Shown: positions 26,806 to 32,000 of the stretch, piece by piece | Numbering within the stretch: the stretch's first letter is position 1 | Layout of the letters: each line of letters starts with the position of its first letter | NCBI GenBank assembly: GCA_963663995.1 | Contig: OY760660.1 | Coordinates: forward strand, 360,001 to 392,000 | Length of the DNA: 32,000 bases | Reading direction: 5' to 3' | Source: Erysipelotrichaceae bacterium | GTDB lineage: Bacteria; Bacillota_I; Bacilli_A; Erysipelotrichales; Erysipelotrichaceae | Made by a program: the position numbers and the translations under genes | Notes under the pieces: model-generated | What the model was told of the DNA's origin: nothing | Databases searched by the model: none | Seen by the model: the letters and a program-made list of their open reading frames with translations, nothing else

Positions 26806-27914
26806 ATGATAAGTGGTCCTTCAAGTTCTCGTTGAAGTAAACGCACTCTTTCTTTCTCACTTAAGCCAAAAGTATAAGTAAGAGTTGCACGATATTCTAA
26901 CTGTCTGAGCTTTTCATGTACTTGATTAAAACGAGAAGCAATTTTGACTTCTTCTTTATCTAAAGTTTTTAAGTAACTTTGTCCTGTTTGATTAAATCCT
27001 AGTAGTCTTATTGTATTTATTGGAGCTAATTGTTTAACTTCGTTTTTAGTTGTATGAACTAAGAGATGACTTAAAGTTCGTTGAATACGAGCTCGTGTAT
27101 AACGCTTAGTTATGGCAGCACTCATAAATTCATCAAAATATTCATATTGCTTAGCTTGATTTATTAAGTGGTTTTCTAAACCTTCTGACATTAAGAAGAT
27201 CTCTTTCAAGATATTTTTAGGACTGGTTAATAATTTCAATCTTAAATAAGAGTAATAATTTGAAAGGGTATTGAGTTCACTTGATAATAAAACATCTTTC
27301 ATTGGACTTTGATCTTTAATATCTTGATGATTTAATAAAGCTTTACGGATAGCAGAAGCACTCGCAATATTTTCCTCAATGTCTTCTGAGTGATAAGAAT
27401 TAGTTCTTTGAATACAAAGAGGAGTAATCTTTGTATTTTTCATAGCTTTTAAATAAGCGATGCCTAAAATATCATTGGGATGAAATGGTCCATGGATTAG
27501 ATTGTAAGCCATTGGATAACTCATACCTGTTTTTAAACTCTCTTTTAAATGATCTACATTGATCGCTATATCAGCAATTTCTTGCATGAATTCTAAATCA
27601 TTAGATTCTGATCCAAAGACAATATGTGTGCATCCTGCAATGTTTAATAGATTTACCGCATGATTAGCAAATCGAGAAGCATCTTGAACAGTCGCAATAA
27701 AAGGGAGTTCTATCACAATATCAACCCCATTATTAAGGGCAGCTTCTGTTCGCTTCCATTTATCAACAATGGTAGGTTCACCACGTTGAGTAAAATGACC
27801 AGACATGACAATAATTAAAACATCACATTGGGTCAGTCTTCTAGCTTCTTGGATGTGATGAAGATGACCTTTATGAAAAGGATTGTATTCAGTTATTAAA
27901 CCTGTGATAATCAT
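26787..27914 (-). CDS. tmcAL: tRNA(Met) cytidine acetate ligase (TmcAL/YlbM, UPF0348 nucleotidyltransferase family)
   Basis: 375 aa. The N-terminus MIITGLITEYNPFHKGHLHHIQEAR matches the YlbM/TmcAL HxGH-type nucleotidyltransferase signature. VMSGHFTQRGEP is also conserved. No SD upstream. Confidence 0.8.
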   Translation of the reverse strand: MIITGLITEYNPFHKGHLHHIQEARRLTQCDVLIIVMSGHFTQRGEPTIVDKWKRTEAALNNGVDIVIELPFIATVQDASRFANHAVNLLNIAGCTHIVFGSESNDLEFMQEIADIAINVDHLKESLKTGMSYPMAYNLIHGPFHPNDILGIAYLKAMKNTKITPLCIQRTNSYHSEDIEENIASASAIRKALLNHQDIKDQSPMKDVLLSSELNTLSNYYSYLRLKLLTSPKNILKEIFLMSEGLENHLINQAKQYEYFDEFMSAAITKRYTRARIQRTLSHLLVHTTKNEVKQLAPINTIRLLGFNQTGQSYLKTLDKEEVKIASRFNQVHEKLRQLEYRATLTYTFGLSEKERVRLLQRELEGPLIIKKEAA

Positions 27915-27986
27915 GAAAATATTTTAGCATGTTTTTGTAAGTTAAATTTTTTGTCGTAGAATAAATATAAATGGAGTTAAACAGTT

Positions 27987-28907
27987 ATGAAACAGAAAAA
28001 AGTCTTTTATACATCTGATATAGATCAAGAGATGCTTGTAGGATTGCATACTGAACATGAAAAGGCAAAAGTTCTCGTTGTATTTCTACATGGTATGGCC
28101 GAACATAAGGATCGATATCTTGATTTTGTTAAAGACTTATCCCATGCCAAAATTGATTCACTTTTGATTGATCATCGTGGTCATGGAGAAAGTTTGTATA
28201 AAGGTCAAATACGAGGTTATTTTGCTGATCAATTGGGATGGTATACCAATACAAGTGATTTACGAAACTTTGTCAATCAAGTTAATCATGAAAAGAAATT
28301 ACCAATTATATTATTTGGACATTCGATGGGTTCACTTTTTGCCCGTTCATATTTAAAACACTATCCTGAGAATATTGTTGCACTCTATTTAAGTGGATCA
28401 CCAGATTATGCAGCTACTGCGAAAATAGCACGCGTTGCAGCACAGTTTATTTCCATGTTCAAAGGTCCATTCTATAATAGTAAAATATTAAATGATCAAG
28501 TCTTTAAAGCTTTTAATAAACAGATTAAACAAGCTAAAACAGACTTTGATTGGTTAAGTTACAATCATGATAATGTGATTAATTATATTCAAGATGATCT
28601 CTGTGGATTTATGTTTACGACTAAAGCAATGGAAGACTTAGCGGTTGGTTTAGTTGATGTTTATGAATTCGAAAAATGGAACGCTCTTAATCCACTTATA
28701 CCAATCCATTTTATAAGTGGGATTGATGATCCAACTCATCAGCCAAAAGGCTTAGAATATGCACAAAATCGATTGATTCAACAGGGTTATGCAAGAGTAG
28801 AAACTGAATATGTGAAGAATGCTCGACATGAGATTTTTAATGAAGATATTGCAAAAGATTTGAGGCAAGATTTTATCGCTTGGATAAAGGAGAAAGTCAC
28901 AGTTTAA
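27987..28907 (+). CDS. Alpha/beta hydrolase (lysophospholipase/monoacylglycerol-lipase-like)
   Basis: 306 aa. HG oxyanion motif FLHGMAEH, nucleophile elbow GHSMGS, and candidate Asp (SGIDDP) and His (ARHEIFNE). SD GGAG at 27973-27976. Confidence 0.8.
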   Translation: MKQKKVFYTSDIDQEMLVGLHTEHEKAKVLVVFLHGMAEHKDRYLDFVKDLSHAKIDSLLIDHRGHGESLYKGQIRGYFADQLGWYTNTSDLRNFVNQVNHEKKLPIILFGHSMGSLFARSYLKHYPENIVALYLSGSPDYAATAKIARVAAQFISMFKGPFYNSKILNDQVFKAFNKQIKQAKTDFDWLSYNHDNVINYIQDDLCGFMFTTKAMEDLAVGLVDVYEFEKWNALNPLIPIHFISGIDDPTHQPKGLEYAQNRLIQQGYARVETEYVKNARHEIFNEDIAKDLRQDFIAWIKEKVTV

Positions 28908-28911
28908 GAGC

Positions 28912-28940
28912 GTTGACTTTTAACAGTCTTTTCTCTATAA
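28912..28940 (+). promoter_or_regulatory. Near-consensus promoter for yceD-rpmF (TTGACT, 17 nt, TATAAT)
   Basis: -35 TTGACT at 28912-28917 and -10 TATAAT at 28935-28940, with a 17-nt spacer. SD AAAGGTG at 28957-28963. ATG at 28970. Confidence 0.65.
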
Positions 28941-28969
28941 TAAGCACGTTGACGAAAAAAGGTGTTTGA

Positions 28970-29479
28970 ATGAAACTGTCTAGACATGAGATCCAAAATA
29001 TTCCGTATGAGGGTCAAGCATTTGAGACGACACTTCACTTTGAGATCAGTGAACTTCCAGAATACATGGGAATTCGTGCTATTAGCGAAATTGATGTAGA
29101 TGGAAATTTAATTTTTGATCCGTATTCCAAACACTTACTGGTTGACGTTCATTTAAGTGGTGATTTAACCCTCATTTGTTCAATGACATCAAAGGATGTC
29201 CCGTTTGAATTAGAAGCAGAAGGCCATTTGGTTTATAGCTTAGATCCAACTGAGGATAAAGAAATCCTGAACATTGATTCAGATGAATTAGATTTGAAAC
29301 CTGACTTTCTAGATTTAATCTGGTGTGAAGTTCCAAGTTTAGTCATCAGTGATGAAGTGAAAGAATTACCGCACGGCCAACATTGGGAGGTCGTACGCGA
29401 AAGCGATTATGTCGCTCGCGAAAAAGAACCCGATGAACGTTTAGCAAAATTAAAAGAATTCAAGTTTGAAGACGAGTAG
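28970..29479 (+). CDS. yceD: YceD/DUF177 family protein (23S rRNA accumulation protein)
   Basis: 169 aa, acidic. It lies immediately upstream of rpmF, the conserved yceD-rpmF pairing. The central LICSMTSKDVPFELE region is family-like. Confidence 0.85.
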   Translation: MKLSRHEIQNIPYEGQAFETTLHFEISELPEYMGIRAISEIDVDGNLIFDPYSKHLLVDVHLSGDLTLICSMTSKDVPFELEAEGHLVYSLDPTEDKEILNIDSDELDLKPDFLDLIWCEVPSLVISDEVKELPHGQHWEVVRESDYVAREKEPDERLAKLKEFKFEDE

Positions 29480-29490
29480 GAGGTGTAGTC

Positions 29491-29640
29491 ATGGCCATTC
29501 AACAAAGAAGAGTATCTAAAACACGCAAAGCAAAACGTAGAACACATTATAAGTTGGCAGCTCCAACTTTAGTCAAATGTCCAAGCTGTGGTGCTTACAA
29601 AAAGCCTCATCACGCTTGTGAAGAATGTGGTGCTAAATAA
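29491..29640 (+). CDS. rpmF: 50S ribosomal protein L32 (zinc-ribbon form)
   Basis: Not in the ORF track (49 codons). Hand translation: MAIQQRRVSKTRKAKRRTHYKLAAPTLVKCPSCGAYKKPHHACEECGAK. SD AGGAGG at 29479-29484 overlaps the yceD stop. Two CxxC pairs are present. Confidence 0.93.
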   Translation: MAIQQRRVSKTRKAKRRTHYKLAAPTLVKCPSCGAYKKPHHACEECGAK

Positions 29641-29662
29641 GGAAGAATATCTTCCTTTTTTT
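29639..29662 (+). terminator. Rho-independent terminator after rpmF
   Basis: Stem AAGGAAGA (29639-29646) pairs with UCUUCCUU (29650-29657) around the loop AUA. The U tract runs to 29662. Confidence 0.8.
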
Positions 29663-29664
29663 GT

Positions 29665-30432
29665 ATGCTAAGTCATTTCACAAAAATTAAATATTTCGAA
29701 GAACAAATAAATCGAGAAATCGAACTTTTTATCGTTTCAAATTGCGAGGATAAAGAGCGTGTTCCATTAATTATCATGCATGATGGACAAAACCTCTTTG
29801 AAGATGAAACGGCTGCATTTGGTCGCTCTTGGAGACTTTTAGATCAAGTGTTTGCAGAAGGTTTCCCAAAGTGTCGTATTGTCGGCATTTCTAATTCACA
29901 AATTGAAAATGGTCGCTTAGATGAATATTCACCTTGGCGCTTTTCTGATGACTTTGGGATTAACGCAGGTTTTGGATTAGAAGTCGGTGGTAAAGGTTTT
30001 ATTTATCTAGATCTGATATTCAAGAAACTATTACCTGAATTCAAGAAAATGTTTAAAGTCAGTGATGTATATATGGGTGGATCATCGATGGGTGGTTTTA
30101 TATCAATGGTTGCAGCCATCAAATATCCCAAAAAGTTAAAAGGGGTATTCTGTATGTCAAATGCGTGGTGGTTTGCTTATGAAGATTTAACAAAATTATT
30201 AGATAAATCAAAAGGGCAGTTACCAAAAATTTATCTAGATACTGGAACAAAAGAATCAGAGGATGCACTTGTCCGTAAGTCATACCGTGATTTACATGAT
30301 GATATTGTTGAACGACTTAAAGCAAAAAATCCAGCTAAATTAATTTCAAGAATGTTTAGAAAAGCAATTCACAATGAAGCTGAATGGGAAAAACGATTTA
30401 CGCCGATGATCAAAGAATTATTAGAAGATTAA
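29665..30432 (+). CDS. Esterase-family alpha/beta hydrolase (putative esterase, enterochelin-esterase/esterase D-like fold)
   Basis: 255 aa. PLIIMHDGQNLFED, nucleophile elbow GGSSMGG, and a late His (AIHNE). The ATG is only 2 nt after the terminator U tract, with no SD. Confidence 0.75.
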   Translation: MLSHFTKIKYFEEQINREIELFIVSNCEDKERVPLIIMHDGQNLFEDETAAFGRSWRLLDQVFAEGFPKCRIVGISNSQIENGRLDEYSPWRFSDDFGINAGFGLEVGGKGFIYLDLIFKKLLPEFKKMFKVSDVYMGGSSMGGFISMVAAIKYPKKLKGVFCMSNAWWFAYEDLTKLLDKSKGQLPKIYLDTGTKESEDALVRKSYRDLHDDIVERLKAKNPAKLISRMFRKAIHNEAEWEKRFTPMIKELLED

Positions 30433-30511
30433 CTAAAAACATATAAATATAATTATAAGAAGAAAATTGTAAAAAACTACGATTTTCTTTTTATTTATCC
30501 CTGAATAGGTT

Positions 30512-30558
30512 TATAATGGTGGTAGATTGTGGTAGAAAGTGGAGAAAAGTGGGTAATT
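30512..30558 (+). promoter_or_regulatory. mraZ promoter -10 (TATAAT) followed by four 10-nt-phased GTGG direct repeats (putative MraZ operator)
   Basis: TATAAT at 30512-30517. Repeats: GTGGTAGATT (30519), GTGGTAGAAA (30529), GTGGAGAAAA (30539), GTGGGTAATT (30549), at exactly 10-nt spacing and ending at the mraZ ATG. Confidence 0.65.
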
Positions 30559-30559
30559 T

Positions 30560-30997
30560 ATGACCATGTTCATGGGTGAATACAGACACAATGCCGACAA
30601 AAAAGGACGAATCATTATTCCCGTCCGTTTTCGTGAAGCATTAGGTGAAAGTATTGTTGCTACAAAAGGTCTTGATGGTTGTATAACCATCTACACACTA
30701 GATCAATGGCAAACCATCTTAGAAGGCTTGCAAAAACTACCAACCACAAAAAAAGAATCACGGATGTATATCCATATGTTAACGGCTCGAGCTGCTCAAT
30801 GTGACTTTGATTCACAAGGACGAATTTTATTACCTCAACCGTTAATGGAAGATGCTCAAATTGAAAAGGATTGTGTTGTGATTGGCGTTGCTGATCATGT
30901 TGAAATATGGTCTAAGAATCGTTGGGATGCTTATTATGAAAGTGCAAGTGAAAGCTTTGAAGAAGTGGCTGAGCAATTAACTGAGTTTATACGCTAA
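30560..30997 (+). CDS. mraZ: Transcriptional regulator MraZ
   Basis: Two SpoVT/AbrB-like halves (DKKGRIIIPVRFRE and DSQGRILLPQPLME). MFMGEY is the usual N-terminus, so ATG 30566 is an alternative to ATG 30560. Confidence 0.93.
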   Translation: MTMFMGEYRHNADKKGRIIIPVRFREALGESIVATKGLDGCITIYTLDQWQTILEGLQKLPTTKKESRMYIHMLTARAAQCDFDSQGRILLPQPLMEDAQIEKDCVVIGVADHVEIWSKNRWDAYYESASESFEEVAEQLTEFIR

Positions 30998-31920
30998 TGG
31001 AACATATTTCAGTTTTACTTCATGAATGTATTGAAGCGTTAGCCATTAAAGAAAATGGTGTCTATGTAGATTGCACGTTTGGAAGAGGCGGTCATAGTTT
31101 AGAAATTCTCAAGCGTTTAGGAATAAATGGGAGATTAATTGTTATTGATCAAGATCCAAGTGCCATTGATGTCGCCAACAAGCTTAAAGAAACTTATCCA
31201 AACTTAATCATTCATGCTTCAGACTTTGGACAATTAAAAAGCATTATTGAAAAAAGTGGATATGAAGCAGTTGATGGAATCTTACTAGATCTTGGTGTTT
31301 CATCACCTCAATTTGACCAATCTGATCGAGGATTTAGTTATCGCTATGATGCCAAACTCGATATGCGTATGAATACTAATCAAGCACTAAGTGCCTATGA
31401 AGTTGTTAATAAATATTCATTTGAGGATTTAAGAAGAATATTCAAAGTTTATGGCGAAGAGAAATTCGCACAACAAATTGCCCGAAAGATTGAGTCAGCA
31501 AGATTAATTAAACCAATCGAAACAACTTTAGAACTCGTTGATGTGATTAAATCAGCACTACCTTCTAAAGTACTATCTAAAAAAGGTCATCCAGCTAAAC
31601 AAGTTTTCCAAGCAATAAGAATTGAAGTGAATGATGAGTTAGGTCAACTTGATTCTGTATTAGATCAAGCGATTCACTCACTAAATACTGATGGTCGTCT
31701 AGCAATTATTAGTTTTCATTCATTAGAAGATCGTTTAGTAAAAAGGAAATTCAATAAATGTGTAGAAGATAAAACGCCATCAAAGTTACCGGTTAAAGAA
31801 GAAAAAGCACAGGCTTACGAACTTTTAAGTAAAAAAGCAATTGTTGCGAGTGATGAAGAATTAGAAGAAAATCAACGAGCTCATTCAGCGAAGTTAAGAG
31901 TACTTATAAAAAGGAATTAA
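30997..31920 (+). CDS. rsmH: 16S rRNA (cytosine1402-N4)-methyltransferase
   Basis: 307 aa. HISVLLHECIEAL, DCTFGRGGHS, LDLGVSSPQFD, ISFHSLEDR. The ATG overlaps the mraZ stop (TAATG). Confidence 0.95.
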   Translation: MEHISVLLHECIEALAIKENGVYVDCTFGRGGHSLEILKRLGINGRLIVIDQDPSAIDVANKLKETYPNLIIHASDFGQLKSIIEKSGYEAVDGILLDLGVSSPQFDQSDRGFSYRYDAKLDMRMNTNQALSAYEVVNKYSFEDLRRIFKVYGEEKFAQQIARKIESARLIKPIETTLELVDVIKSALPSKVLSKKGHPAKQVFQAIRIEVNDELGQLDSVLDQAIHSLNTDGRLAIISFHSLEDRLVKRKFNKCVEDKTPSKLPVKEEKAQAYELLSKKAIVASDEELEENQRAHSAKLRVLIKRN

Positions 31921-31923
31921 AGA

Positions 31924-32000
31924 ATGATTAGACAAGTCAAAATAAAAAAACAAAATCGTTTTCTTGAAAAGTTCTCTAGAACGCTTTTAACTTTAGCTGT
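31924..32000 (+). CDS. Start of a small basic protein in the ftsL position (3' end beyond the window)
   Basis: ATG at 31924, 3 nt after the rsmH stop. Translation is MIRQVKIKKQNRFLEKFSRTLLTLA... and is open to the window end. The call rests on position in mraZ-rsmH-ftsL synteny only. Confidence 0.4.
   Translation, partial: MIRQVKIKKQNRFLEKFSRTLLTLA

Noticed and set aside
28912-28952. Duplicate CGTTGAC motif (28910-28917 and 28946-28952) upstream of yceD, considered as a possible operator.
   Set aside because: The first copy is simply the -35 of a near-consensus promoter. A single 7-nt recurrence in AT-rich sequence is not enough evidence for a regulatory repeat.

Overview
The window is a dense, almost entirely plus-strand block of housekeeping genes from a low-GC bacterium. 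TGA is used as a stop codon, so the code is standard and not Mycoplasma code 4. Gene order is Bacillota-like: ysgA-like methyltransferase-pheST, sepF-divIVA-ileS, yceD-rpmF, mraZ-rsmH-ftsL. An Erysipelotrichales/Acholeplasmatales-like origin is my inference only.

Content, in order:
- typA (5' partial), tgt, queA, queH.
- T-box, GNAT acetyltransferase, valS.
- ppdK.
- A VOC/dioxygenase-like gene on the minus strand.
- Lactonase, a DUF1543-like gene, ald, a two-nuclease DUF2779-like gene, a zinc PLC/P1-nuclease-fold gene, and an M19 dipeptidase.
- hpf, sepF, divIVA.
- T-box, ileS.
- TrmH-family methyltransferase.
- T-box, pheS, pheT.
- yebC.
- tmcAL on the minus strand.
- Alpha/beta hydrolase, yceD, rpmF (49 aa, absent from the ORF track), esterase.
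- mraZ, rsmH, and the start of an ftsL-like gene.

I see no rRNA, tRNA, CRISPR array, transposase, integrase or phage gene.

The points most worth a second look:
1. An uncharacterised, translationally coupled module: ald, then a Cas4-like plus DEDD-exonuclease fusion, then a cytoplasmic Zn PLC/P1-fold protein, then a dipeptidase.
2. A GNAT gene sitting between a T-box and valS.
3. An ileS T-box whose Stem I appears to be encoded inside the divIVA coding sequence.
4. Several genes without a Shine-Dalgarno (SD) sequence that have a -10 box exactly 6 nt upstream of the start codon, making them leaderless candidates.
5. Four 10-nt-phased GTGG repeats filling the mraZ 5' UTR.

All RNA structures, promoters and family assignments were made by eye or from memory of family motifs. 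No searches or folding computations were run.
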